From Trichodelitschia bisporula (taxonomy: Eukaryota), in the NCBI GenBank assembly GCA_010356995.1, contig ML996690.1, positions 871,420 through 935,419 on the forward strand: 64,000 nt of DNA, read 5' to 3'. Under the pieces are notes generated by a model. It was not told where the DNA came from. It was given only the letters and a program-made list of their open reading frames with translations, and did not search any database. Below, piece after piece: positions 50,912-64,000 of the stretch. Position numbers and translations under genes: made by a program. Position 1 is the first letter of the stretch. Every line of letters begins with the position of its first letter.

Positions 50912-53900
50912 CTATTGCTGAGGTGGTGTTTGTACCTGAGCGCTGCCTCTACCTCTTCCACGTCCACTGCCACGAGCACGGTAACGACCGCGGCCCCCTT
51001 GGCCACCACGGATGTTGACATCGGGACCAAGGAGAGATGGCGGAGGCGGGAAGTTGCCGTTGCTGTTGAGCTCATTGACATTGGCGTAGCCAGCCCGATT
51101 CGCTTGCGGTTGATGGGCGCCGCGGGGATTAGAAGGCGACTCGTTGCCGTTGGCGCCACGGATATGAGGAGGTGTTGCGTTGCTGTTTCCGCCTCTTCCA
51201 CGGGTGACGAACCGACCCCTAGAGTTAGCCGTGGGAGCAGGCGGGGCCGAGACGGTTCCTTGAGCGCGAGTGTCATAGGTGCCAACGTGCGCGCGTCCGC
51301 GACGCGCATTCATAGGGGCGGCAGGGTGATAGGGAAGAGTTTGCTGCCGGCCATTGGCGTATCCATTTTGACCTGCTGCAGCTCCACTGAATGAGACGGG
51401 AAGGGGTCCCGGTGCAGGTGCAGGCCGGTACTGGCCCTGTCCGCCAGGTCCGGTAGGCGGGCCATACCCACGAGCGTAGAGCGGCTGAGGCTGCACCGCA
51501 GGTCTACGAGTGGTTCCCGCGCTGGTGGATGCGACAAGCTGCTTGTCGGTGAGGTTGAGAACCGAGTCGCTGGGCACGGTCGATCCGTGGAATGGCTTGC
51601 AGCGATCGCCAAGAGTTGTACCGGAGATGAAGGATGTGTCAAAAACGACATCCAACAGAGTCTGGCGCGAAGTCCTCGTCAGGCCCACAACCGTACCACG
51701 CTGGGCGATAGGTACCCGCCCGGAATTTAAGACATACACGACCCGGTCTCCGAGGCTGAAATGCTGGTCGGCAACACGCTGTTCGGCATCCGCAGGACTG
51801 AGCAGAGCGTGGCGTGGGACACCCTTGAGCATCTTGGGCTTGCCCACGCTGAGCGCAAGGTACCTCTCCGCTTCCTCCTGAATCCTCGCCACTGCGTCCG
51901 AATCGAGCTGCTCCGCTTCCAGAGGTACTTTTTCAAAGGACTTTGACTCGATGGTCTTGAGCCACGCCACAATTTCTTTAATCTTCGCGGCGGCCACATC
52001 CTTCTCGTAGAAATCGGTGTCCTGGAAGATATCGCCACCGGGCTTGGAGACGAGGCCCGCAATGAATTTCGGGAACTTGCTCATGTATTGCTGGATGAGG
52101 TCGACGGCTTTCTGGCTGTACTCCCATCCTGATTGGCCTTTACGCGAGTATCCCAGCACCTTCAGCTTCCGTCCTTCGAACTTGAGATTGAGGCCGAGGT
52201 TGATCTGGAGCCCATTCGACACGACGGACAAGGACGAAGTGAGCCTGCTCAAGGCAAGCGGGCTGAGGTGGAGCCTCCGGGCTACCTGGTAAGAAGGGAT
52301 GTAGGGCGTAATACGTTCGTGGTCCCTCACGACTGCGCGGCCGAAGTCCGGCTCACGAGTTTCTTGCACAAGCACCCATGCGCTCAGTTTGCCGTTTTCA
52401 TGCCCAGCAACCTGACATGGCCGTCCAAAGGCATACTCGCCGAGGAAGAAGGCATTCGAGCCTTCCGGAAACTCCTCTTCAATAGGAAGTGCTTCTCGTT
52501 CGATGAACCGCGGATCCTCGCTGAAAACCTCGTCAACGATGACCTGGGTTGCGTATTCCGTCTCAGTTCCAGGTAGCTCGCCATATTGCTTCACCGCTGC
52601 ACCATCATCAGTCTTCCTAAGCCCTTGGAGGATCTCAACGTGGACAATAGTTTGGACGGATCCGATGGCCATTCCGAGTTTCTTGTCGTAGTTGTTCTGA
52701 ATTTGACGGGCCTTGCGCACAAATTGCTCAATCGATCTCGGGTCATGGGGATACTGCACGGGTTGTGTGCCATCTGCGGACAATTCGTAGTCAAAGAGCT
52801 CGTCGGAGACTCTGACCACCTTCGCCTCCTGCAGAAAAGGATACCCCACGTAGACGCTCTTTCCCAGCTTGGCTTTGGCGCTGGCAACGGTTGAGCGCGC
52901 TTCTGCGTCTCCAATGGTGACAACCATGCTCTCGTTCCGCGATTCCTGCTGGAACACGCAAACCCGGTGGAAGTCCAGTTCAGCCGTGAACGGCAACGTC
53001 TTCAAGCTCGGGAAGCCAGCAAGGGCTTGCTTGCCAAGCTGCACGCCGTCCATCAGACCGACAAAGTATTCCAGACCCTCCATGGTAGGAAGCTCGAAAA
53101 TGTTCTCCACGCAACGACAGTGGGCGATGTCAGGGAAGAATCCAGGCAGAGAGGAAGGATACACATAATCTAGGCTGGCGTCGTGGGCGAACTTGAGGGA
53201 GACGCCAAATGAGTTCCTCGCCTTCTCGTCGAGAGTCAAGAGGTCGTCTTTGGTTTTCATAGCATCCAAGAGCCGGCGCTCTTCGATGAAGGGAATCTTG
53301 ACAACAGCTTCCCAATCCATTTTTTTGCCGTTCATGTCCAGCTCAAAGTCTCGCGGATAGAAGTCTATGATGGGGGAATTTGGGTTGGTCATCAAGTCAT
53401 GGTAAGCTGTCGGTACAATCTTCTTGCTGCGGTCCGGGAGCACACCCATCAGCTGCTGAAAGGGCAAGAACGGCTGGCCGAGCTGGAAGTTGATATCCGC
53501 ATTCAGGCCCTTGATAACATCTGTTTCGTTAGCAGTTTTCTGAAGCATCAGACATGTGGCTCTTACCAGAGATCATGGGTGAGTAGTGGTACTGATAGAA
53601 CCAAGGCCAGGACGCTACGCCCTGGTAGTAATAGAACAGCACCCACTGAAGGCCTTGAACATAGTTCTCGGTCAACTTCGTCAACTCCTCTTCGTCGTTC
53701 AGGCCCCAGCCAAACTTGGTAACGTAGTAGTCGTTCTTCCAGGCGTTAAACTTCTCCGTATACTTTCTCTCCATGTTCTCCTGCGCTTGGTCGGAAGTGA
53801 CGTCCACCACTTTTGCATTCTCGTAACGCTTGACCACTCGCAGAATGGCCAGCTGCGCCTCCTCATCATCCGATGATTCCGAACTGTCTCCTTCAATCGG

Positions 53901-55333
53901 TGCCGGGTTCGGCGGGAAGGTGAGCTGCATATGGCGGTTCCCATCCGCATCCTCTACAGTTTTCCACTGCAGTGAGAGGCTCTCGGCCAGATCCTGCACG
54001 AACTCTCGATCGCGCGCTGGCAGAGATGTGGGAAGGTCATGCGGAGCGACCTCACCATCCTTGCGCCGGCTGTTCACATAGTCCTTGACTTTCTTGAAGA
54101 TGTCGCGCTGATCCGATGAGATGGTCAGCTGGCCCTTGCGCTTCCGCTTCTGTCGATCCATGACATCTTCCTTGGCCATGGTTTTGGATTTGAACCAGCT
54201 GGCGTCTGAATTCTCGTTTTCGAAGAACCGAAACTCAGCGTGCGAGAGCTCTTCCAGGAGTAACTTCAAGCGAGACATGTTGATGACGCCGCCCTCGTTA
54301 ATGTATCCACCTGCCTTTGGCAGTGCCGTCTTGTAGACGGCAAACATGAGCGCCAGCGCTCCTTCATTGATGTGAAGGTGCGGTAAGTTGGGCAAAAAGT
54401 CATTGCCAACAAAGAACGCCATGAGAATAAAGTCATCTAGAACCCGTTCCATGTCGAAAGGAAATTCCAGAGCGCCAGGCTCCTTAAGCTCTTGGAACTC
54501 CAGCTCCAGGTACTCCCGAACAATGCATAGATGCATGAGATAGAAATTCTGGTGTTCCAGCTCCTTGGACTTGGTTTTGCTTTGGCGGCCGAAGGTCACC
54601 TCCTCACGCAACAAGCAGAAATGGGGATCATGACTCAGCAGCCCCAGCATGATCAAGTCAGCATCCAATCCGTAGAGACAATGGCGACGGTTCGGGTCGT
54701 AATCCGGCTGGGCCTTTGCTTGACGGATGTACTCCATAATCTTATGTTCGCCTTCTCCGGGCACCTCGTGGCCAGAGAGCACAACTTCGACGCCTTGCCA
54801 GTCGATGTCTTCGGAAACCTTCTTGTTCACAAAGTACTTCAGGTGCTTCGTCAAACGGGCCATGAAATCGGTGCCCGGTGTGATGCAGTTGCTGTCAAAC
54901 GGGTCCTCTTTCGGCATCTCGATGCCGTCTTTTATGGCCTTGTCCCGAGCCCGCTCCGCGTCCAGCGCCGTCCGGAATCGGCGCGCCCGTTGTTGATTCA
55001 TCTTCGCGCGAGGTGCGACACCATCAATAGCCATGAAGAACAGCTTCTTGGGCTTAATCTTGCTAAAGAGGTGCTCAATGTAGTTGAATATGGCAATGAA
55101 CATCTTGTCCTCCGTCATGCGGTATGTAGGCGAGTCGGAATCATTGTGCGTGCAGTTATGGATGATGCCGTTCATGTCAAGCTAGGCTATGGGTTAACGA
55201 AATGCAAAAGTTATACGAAAAAAGAGAGGCCCACATAGAGGCAGTCAAACTCGGGTATCCTATTCTCCGCAATGACCTGCGAAATGGCCGGATAGCGCTC
55301 CGACATCCATCGGAAGAACTTGGGTACACCCAT
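50912..55333 (-). CDS. XRN1: 5'-3' exoribonuclease 1, 3 exons
   Basis: MGVPKFFRWMSERYP, LYLDMNGIIH, AIDGVAPRAKMNQQR, PGEGEHKIM, LYGLDADLIML, GNDFLP; long Xrn1-type C-terminal extension. Introns 55182-55234, 53521-53566. Confidence 0.97.
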
Positions 55334-55909
55334 GATGACGGTGGATATGAAGGTGGATGGAATAGGTGTGTTCGGTGCGAGGCCGGGGGCGTCGGTCAGT
55401 GGTTTGCTCGACTGGCGGTGGTGTTTCTTCCACGGAAGGCGCACAAACAGTAGAATAGAGAGAAGTGAGCGGAGGCGCGAGGGCGCTGTGAGGTCTGGAA
55501 ATGGTAAATGTGTGGGAACAAGTGGTATATTCTCTGACGCGGAGGTCTTCGAAGTCTGGGAGTCTGTCGCACCGCGAGCATATGTACTCTGCCCTTTGCC
55601 AAGACCTGGGGCGAGGACCCTAGCATACCGTGGTACCGTGGGTCCTACATAAATACAACGTACACAACGTACGCGTAGTTCTAGTACCGCCACGACCGCT
55701 TGCTGCCTGAATGATGTGGCGCAACTGCATCCTAAAAGCAGCTAGAGGCTCCGGAGTTTCACCGACGATGAACAGCAGGGGAACGCGTCTTGCGCGCGCT
55801 CTTTCACCTCCCACTTGCCAATTCTCAGAACACTGCACAGCATTTTGCCCCGCATCGCAAGCACCACGTCCGCGCTTCCCTCTACACTTCCCGCGAGCTT
55901 CATTTTTCA

Positions 55910-57419
<1,510 letters not shown>

Positions 57420-58694
57420 GATTGCGAATGAGAAGCAAGCTTATGGCCTGGCGTGTGAAGCTTCTTCCCATACTAATCACATTGTCCTGTCAAACTCGAC
57501 GGCATAGTGCGGGGAAGTGATCAAGACTATCATCACGTCGATTGGTTTCATCATTGACATGTGGATGCCGGCGCTGACGACTAACAGGAGGTTCAAATGG
57601 CGGACACTGGGGAGGCTGGGTCTTTCAATGAATGAGCACTTATGGGCGTACGAGCAAATCTTTGTCGACGGTGAACTTTGAGTCCTTTGGTCATTGGCGT
57701 TTAGCGGGATGGCACTGGGTGTGGGGTTGGATGATAGCATATGTGTCAGTGTGCTCTTTGTCCCTTACGGTTCTAACATGCGCTTGCTCAGCTACTGTTC
57801 TCGACTTATACCCTAGAGCGAAACTAAGCTTACAACCCATATTTCCCATCATCCTCGTCCGATATCAAATGTCCCACGCCCGTACCCTCTCCTCCGCCAT
57901 TGGTCGTTTATCACTGTTTAACAAGCAATCGATCGGCCTCTCCCCAACCACCGCAATCTCGCCCTCCCGCCTCAGAAATGATACCACAAGCCAGCAGCAC
58001 ACCACAATCGGGCCGCATATATCGCGCCAAGCGCATCCAAGACTCCGGGATTGAGCTTAACCCGCCTACACGGGTCTCTTGCGCGGCTGTAGGGGTCTGG
58101 ACATGTAGGAGCGTGTATAGCGATATACGTAGCATCAGATGAACCAATCTGCTTCCCGGAAGCACCTCCAACTGGGCTCCCGGGTGCGGAAGTGAGTGGT
58201 GGGTGGGATTGGCGGGGATGGGTAGCTCGCCTGCGGATTGATTAGACCCTGCGGGGGCGGGTGATTAATAGTGTGGGTGTTATGGGTGGGATCATCTGGG
58301 TGGGGTTGTTTAGTTGCCTATTTCGGAGGCTGGGCGGGGTGGTTGGGCTCAGGGAGGCAGGTGAGTGGGGTGGGTTTGTTCACGATGAGAGGTGATGCAA
58401 ATGGGTCTATTGCGATGATTTCGCTGACTTGTAGCAACAGATATCCAACCGTCGTTCCCATCCCACGCTCGGGATCCGGAGCGGAAAGCCTGACCCTAAA
58501 CCCAAAACCCTTGCCCGCCTATAACGCCCCATTATCATGACACTGTTCCGTTCCCTTCCCAATGATTGTAAGCGGGTGCAGTGCCTGTATCGTCCCCAAA
58601 CGCGCAAATCGCGGCCGTTGAGCATCCGCATCGCTCTGCGCCATCGTGCCTTGCCACCAGCACCCCTGCCATGCCTTCCCAAAACACGCTCCGC

Positions 58695-59765
58695 CTAATT
58701 CAACCCCATCATACTCGCCCTCCTCACCACCGCACCCCCAACCGGCTTCCGCCCAATCACCCGCCCCCGCCTCAACCCCCCCTCCTCCTTAAACGCCGGC
58801 AACACAAGCGTCGGCTCGATCTCATCCGCCCCGCGCGGCACCAGGCGCGGCCGGAACGAAAACAGGCTCCCCTTCCTCTCCTCTGCGCCGCCGACAGGGG
58901 CCGACATAGGCCCTACGTCCATCGGCGACAGTGGGCGGAACACGCTCTCGCGCCGCCGGTGCCGGACTTCGTCTTCGCGCTCCGCCGGCCCGGGGGTCGG
59001 TTGCTCCTTCGCCCCGAAGCCGCGCACGAATTTTGTGAATAGCCCTAGCTTCTTGCTGGGTTTGGCGGTTATGCTTGGCTCGTAGGTTGAGGGCGCGTAG
59101 CCTGCGGGTGAGATGGAGCGCTCGCTGCTCGCCGGCGAAATGGCCACGTTGGAGAGGGAGTAGGTTGCGAAGGAGAAGGGTGGTGATGGGGGGGCGGTAG
59201 GTGTGGAGGGCGGGCTGGCGCTGCTGTCTGTGGACGGGGAGTGCGTGAGGTGGTCGAGGGTAGGCGCCTGTGCTGCCGCTGGTGCTGGTGCTGCTGTGCG
59301 CGGCGCGAGGATGCTGTGCTCGCGGTAGCGGGCTTTGCGCTCTGGGCTTGCGAGGCTGGAGCCCCGCGGAGGCCGTGGGGAGGAAGTGCGCGCGCGTGCG
59401 GGAATGGAGATGGAGATGGCGAGGGCGGGGCCGGTGCGGATCATATACAGCGCTACGGCGCGCTCCACCTTGGGAGTTGAGGTGTATACCAGCTCTGGGG
59501 CTTCTTCGTCGGCGGAGGAGAGGGAGACGTCGTCGTCCATGGGCGAGATGGCTTCTTCGCTTGACATGTATTTATCGGTGAAGAGGGGTCCGGGTGGGGG
59601 GAGGGTGGAGGCGTGGGATAGCAGGGCGGCTTTGATCTCGGCGAGGGTGGGGGTGAGGTGTAGTTCGGGTGCGTCGTAGAAGGTTGTTTCTGGGCGGGAG
59701 CGTATCGAGGTGGGAAAGGCTGGCTTTTCATAGGCCCATTGGAGGGGGAGGTTGGTTGTTGCCAT
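58695..59765 (-). CDS. Hypothetical Ser/Pro-rich low-complexity protein
   Basis: Long ORF with best-context ATG (AAAATGG) at 59765; same 5' C-rich / 3' G-rich coding skew as neighbouring real genes. Confidence 0.6.
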   Translation of the reverse strand: MATTNLPLQWAYEKPAFPTSIRSRPETTFYDAPELHLTPTLAEIKAALLSHASTLPPPGPLFTDKYMSSEEAISPMDDDVSLSSADEEAPELVYTSTPKVERAVALYMIRTGPALAISISIPARARTSSPRPPRGSSLASPERKARYREHSILAPRTAAPAPAAAQAPTLDHLTHSPSTDSSASPPSTPTAPPSPPFSFATYSLSNVAISPASSERSISPAGYAPSTYEPSITAKPSKKLGLFTKFVRGFGAKEQPTPGPAEREDEVRHRRRESVFRPLSPMDVGPMSAPVGGAEERKGSLFSFRPRLVPRGADEIEPTLVLPAFKEEGGLRRGRVIGRKPVGGAVVRRASMMGLN

Positions 59766-60541
59766 TTTGCTGTGTGTTTCGGCCGTGCGGTTTGGACGAC
59801 GGTTTGGTTGTGGTCGACGGGATTGCTGGCCGGATCTTTCTTTGAAAGGCTGGCGAGAAAGGGACTGGGCGACAAAGCGGGTGATAATGGAGTCGCGAAG
59901 CGAAGACGGACTGACGGACATATACTCTCAGGGCATGGGAGGGAGAGCAGTGCGGCAGGGTGGTTTCAAGTACAAAGAGACGATAAAGAGCCTTGCCCCC
60001 CACTTCCCTTCCCTTACATTCACTTTTTGACAAGGGGGGCTAATATGAAGCGTAGATTGCACGCACTTGATTCCTGGAACGACGCAGGACGGGACGTGGA
60101 CAGGCAGGGCCAGGCTCGGAAGGTGATAGAGGACTGGATGGTGGTGTGGAGGGGGGTGAGGGGTGTGAGAGGGGTAGGGAGAGAGAAGAAAAAGGTCGGA
60201 TCAAGTGGCGTTTCATCAACGAGCAACAGCCTCGTTTTCAGCATCAAACCGGTGCGTGCGAGCTCCATCCGCTCCTCTTTTTCTTCCTACGGAACACTAC
60301 CGAACCGCTTCCTGCAGGGTCGTTGGTGAGTGCCGCAACGACGCGTGCAGCATTGAATGCTAGCCGCGATGTCGGGATGTTGCGTAGTGTGGGGGTAGAG
60401 AAGCAGAGGAGAGGACGACTTGGGTGGTTGTTGTAACAGAAAGTCCCCCGCAGCCCAGCCTGAGAGGCGTCAAACCACGACCAATCAAGCCCAGCCTCCC
60501 CTCACTCCCCCAAGCGACGTTGTGAACAAAGTGGAGGCGTT

Positions 60542-60577
60542 TCTCTTTGATCTCTGTGATCTCTTTGGTCTCTTTGG
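60542..60577. repeat. 9-bp tandem repeat x4 (TCTCTKTGR)
   Basis: tctctttga tctctgtga tctctttgg tctctttgg. Confidence 0.8.
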
Positions 60578-60719
60578 CCTCCCTCGTCGAACTGCCTCTG
60601 CACTGCACGACGCAACGCACACGCCATCCCTACTTCCAACCAACACCAACGCATCTCTCCACACCAACAAAAATCCTCCGAAGCGCAGGTGATGGGGGTG
60701 GCGGATGGCGCGCTGCAAG

Positions 60720-60749
60720 CAGCGACGTTCCCACCAGCGACGTTCCCAC
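60720..60749. repeat. Exact 15-bp tandem duplication
   Basis: cagcgacgttcccac x2. Confidence 0.85.
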
Positions 60750-62067
60750 CCAGCAATCCACCACCAAAAACGCGGGGTCCAAACCGCCCCGCGCCCACAC
60801 GTTTGCACCTGCAACAGCCTCTGCTCGAGACGCAGACGACTGTTACGCAGAACACGCCCCCGCGGCACGCAAAACACGCCACATCAGAAACCACCCTTCA
60901 AAAACCACACTCGCAGAAACCACGAACAAGCCTGCCCACATAGCGTAGGAAAGAAGGAAAATCCCCATTCCCAGCGCTCTAGCCGCAACAACCCATCATC
61001 GTTTGCATCTTCAGGTAGACAAGCTCCCGGCGCACGGTTGCTGCTCCCAAAAATATAGCCTGCGCGTCTCCCGCCCGAGGCAGCCCAAGACCAGGCTTTT
61101 GCCGACCGGCTCTCAATCCATCTTTGTGAATCGAGAAAGGGCACGGACTGGATCCGCGGCGCGGGTTGACGCTTCCAGCCTCAGCTTCATTGCGTGCACG
61201 GGGGTGCTCCCGCGTGCTCAATGACGCGCTCTGGGCGGCAACGTGTACTGCAGTCGGAGAGATGGACATGTTCCAGATTGTCTGCGTTTCATGTCTTCTT
61301 GGTGACGTCGGTGAGAGGTTTCTTCGCCGCGGCCGTTTGGACGAAGATGAAGACTGAGAGCGAGAATTGTGACGCACTAGACGGTCGATGCATGGCGGCA
61401 GTGTTTGCGTGCGCTGCAGTGTGTATTTCCGCTTCTGACTACAGGTGGCCTTCTGCTTTGGGTAACTATATCATCGCTCTTATGCCGTCAGCTTCACGTC
61501 GCTTTCCTAGCCAGTGCTAGTAGGCGCGCTTTACGGGTGGCTGTAGCTGCACGTTCCTGCGCTTCTTTCAGCGCGCTGATGAGCCCCAAGGGGCAGTTCG
61601 AAGACACCAGCACCACGTATTCGCCGTGAATGACCTGTGGCCGCTGACGAATCTTTTGCGTACGCAGCATATTCTTGCTAAAGGTTGACCCGTGATCTCA
61701 GTCCTTTATGGATACGAGGATAAGGTTATGCAAGGCTGCAGATCGTATGGCCGTGGCTGGCCAGGTGGAAATCCGATATCGGCATCGCGCACGCCGCCCT
61801 GCGGAGGCGGAGCAGGAGCCCTCCTCAGATGCACCTTCGGCTCCCGGCACAGACACCCTTAAACCGATGTGCCTTGGCCTGCGGCGCTCACTGCCGTGCA
61901 ACAGTAGAGGCCACCATCACTCATGTGTAAACAACATCACAGCAGCAACACAGGACATGAGCGAACAGTCTGGCATTACTACTACCGCACTGCCAGTCCC
62001 CCCACCCGCAGCGTAGGACACAAGGCCCTCGCCATGAAGCCCGTCAATCACGCAGTGTTTATGGCAC

Positions 62068-62482
62068 TTAAACCAGCACCGACGCAACCTCAGCAGCATT
62101 GCTCTCGCTCACACCCTCAACCTTCTTGATCTCGGTGCCATCCTTGAAGATGACCACAGTGGGGGTGACCGACACCTTGAAGTATTCCTTCGCGGCGGGG
62201 TGCTTCTCCACATCGACCTTGTACGCATCCGTGCTGGAGGCGTGCTTCTCGGCAGCACTGTCGCGGAGGGTTAGTCTCTGCCATGATGCCCAGGGGGTTT
62301 TTGGTGTAACTGACGCCTCGGCGGCTGCGGGGACCTCGCCCGAGTAGGCGTAGATGAGCACGTATTTGCCCTTCGTGCCAACGGCAGCCTCAAAGTCGGC
62401 CTTGCTGGTGGGGAGTTAGCTGGGTGCGGGGAAGGAGTGGATCGGGAGGAGTGTACCTGTTGAGCTCCGTGTGACCGGCCAT
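62068..62482 (-). CDS. Thioredoxin-fold protein (101 aa) with no cysteine, 3 exons
   Basis: Introns 62405-62456, 62258-62314. Protein MAGHTELNSKADFEAAVGTKGKYVLIYAYSGEVPAAAEAAAEKHASSTDAYKVDVEKHPAAKEYFKVSVTPTVVIFKDGTEIKKVEG...; KVDV, PT..FKDG and ..V.G match Trx. Confidence 0.85.
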
Positions 62483-62581
62483 TTTGGTTTGAGGTAAAAG
62501 TATGAGGTGTTGAGTTGCTTGTTGTTTTTGAGATGAGGAAGTTGTGCTAGTTGATGAGCAGCAAAATGGTGTCCGTCGTCC

Positions 62582-62589
62582 TTTATATA
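62582..62589 (-). promoter_or_regulatory. TATA box of the thioredoxin-like gene
   Basis: TATATAAA on the minus strand about 100 nt upstream of ATG 62482. Confidence 0.6.
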
Positions 62590-64000
62590 TCCCTTTTACC
62601 CCTCATCTGCACCCCCCACCTTCCCCCCTCTCCCCTCGTACTGCCCCCTCTCTGCCCCGCGCACCCCACCTCAGCCACCGCTTTTCTGCACCGCACGCTA
62701 CTCGCCTGGGCCTAATAGGATGAGGCCTATCTGACACGGCACGCCCTGGCTGCATTGCCATCCCGGCCAGTGCGCGAGCCAATAGCACCCGATCTCCATG
62801 CCCAGCCCCCGCATTTAGCGGCGGGTAGCGGATGTGGAGGGACGGATGCGGTACATTGCGTACCTGTCTATGCCCTTTGTGGACGGAGGGGTTCGGATGG
62901 GGAAAGTGACGGCACGATGAGCGGAGAAGATGAGCTACAGTGAGTACAGTCGGTTCGTTGTGATGCTGCCCTTCGGTGGGCGAGGCTGTGTCTCGGCTGA
63001 AGAAGCTAGGTTGCACAGCCTTGACTTGTTTAGACACTTTAACGGAGAGGAGGTTTCGCGGTGATGGCGCGCCTGAACCATCACCACAGTAACGGCTAAT
63101 AAAAGCGCGAGCATTGCGGACGAGGCGTTTCACCACCGAGGCGGTGCGGACGAGCTGAACGCGCGCGGCGCCGGCAGCCCACCTTACTCCACACCATGCT
63201 GTGTGAGCATAACATGAACGCAGTGTGATGAGCGCGATGGGCGTGAACATCACTCAAAGTCCGCATTTTGTAAAGCAAACCCATGCGGACGGGGTTGGTG
63301 GGTTTCCTATCCGGCCCGAGAGGGTTCGATCATCGCAGTGTGTGTCCGCTGCGCGTCACGTAGCCCGTCACGGTTTCAGGCACACCCACGTAATCCGATA
63401 CGAGCCTTGATCTCGGCCTGGGGCTTGGTGGGGTGGCCCCGGGCATGCGATGCCACGCTGGAAAAAAATAACGTTCGAACCGATCCCGCGACCGCTTTCT
63501 GCCCCACTTTGCTGCGATATTGAGGGCGTAGGTTATGAGCGTGCAGTTGACAGTGGCTAGCGGCATGCAATGATGCGCAAGCCTGGCTCGGCGTAAGAAT
63601 CAACAGCCAGCTCCTCTGGCTGGCTGGTTCGCAGGCTGGGGCCGTTATCGGTGGCGCTTGGGATGGTGGGGGGCAAATGAGTGAGCGACACCGGGGAATG
63701 AGGCAGGCTTGATGAACGGGGGTATATCAGCGAGGCAGGTCTGAGGTTGGTGATGCAGCGGGAGTCGTTGCGGGTGGGACGTGTCGGGGGTACGTTGATC
63801 CGCGGAACGGGCTCCGGACTTCGAGGGCCGGGCCGTGGTGTGTTCGCCCCGCTTCCCCTGCTTTTCCTGCCCCACTATGCTATCTCTTACCGCTTAAGTG
63901 ATGCTGTTTGGGCTGCTTATGCAGCACAGCATCTTTCAATTGATGTATTACTCTCACCGGTCTTCTGGTTTCGGCAGGCGTTCTGGGGGCCGGGAAAGCG

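Noticed and set aside
58490..58511. Telomere-like CCCTAAACCC-type sequence (also CCCTAACCCT near 25424)
   Set aside because: Only 1-2 degenerate units within C-rich DNA; neither an interstitial telomere array nor a telomerase-RNA context.
60439..60466. GAAAGTCCCC followed by GAGAG, similar to RNase MRP CR-I and the P8 loop
   Set aside because: No GGGGCT CR-V partner downstream, the P8 stem does not close properly, and the flanks are low-complexity repeats.

Overview
Eukaryotic, gene-dense fungal DNA. The very short GT-AG introns with CTRAC branch sites and a dispersed 5S rRNA gene point to a filamentous ascomycete (inference). I can support about 23 protein-coding loci. The recognisable ones are an Aro8-like aminotransferase, an LCCL membrane protein, a Pmp3-family proteolipid, a PDK/BCKDK-family kinase, UBP15/USP7, a p24 protein, glycogen synthase, an RmlD/MAT2B-like protein, an AA11 LPMO, a DUF3433-like membrane protein, acetoacetyl-CoA synthetase, an MDR reductase, XRN1, HAT2/MSI1 and a thioredoxin-fold protein; several others are orphans. 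There is one 5S rRNA gene and a few short tandem repeats. I saw no transposon, CRISPR array or tRNA. Most notable: (1) a 582-nt terminal intron packed with stems in the RmlD/MAT2B-like gene, where other introns in the window are 42-97 nt; (2) a ~510-nt nested fold-back in the intergenic DNA after HAT2; (3) a cysteine-free thioredoxin; (4) a nucleotidyltransferase-like protein that appears to have lost its catalytic motif. Gene models and base-pairings were read by eye and have not been computed or searched.
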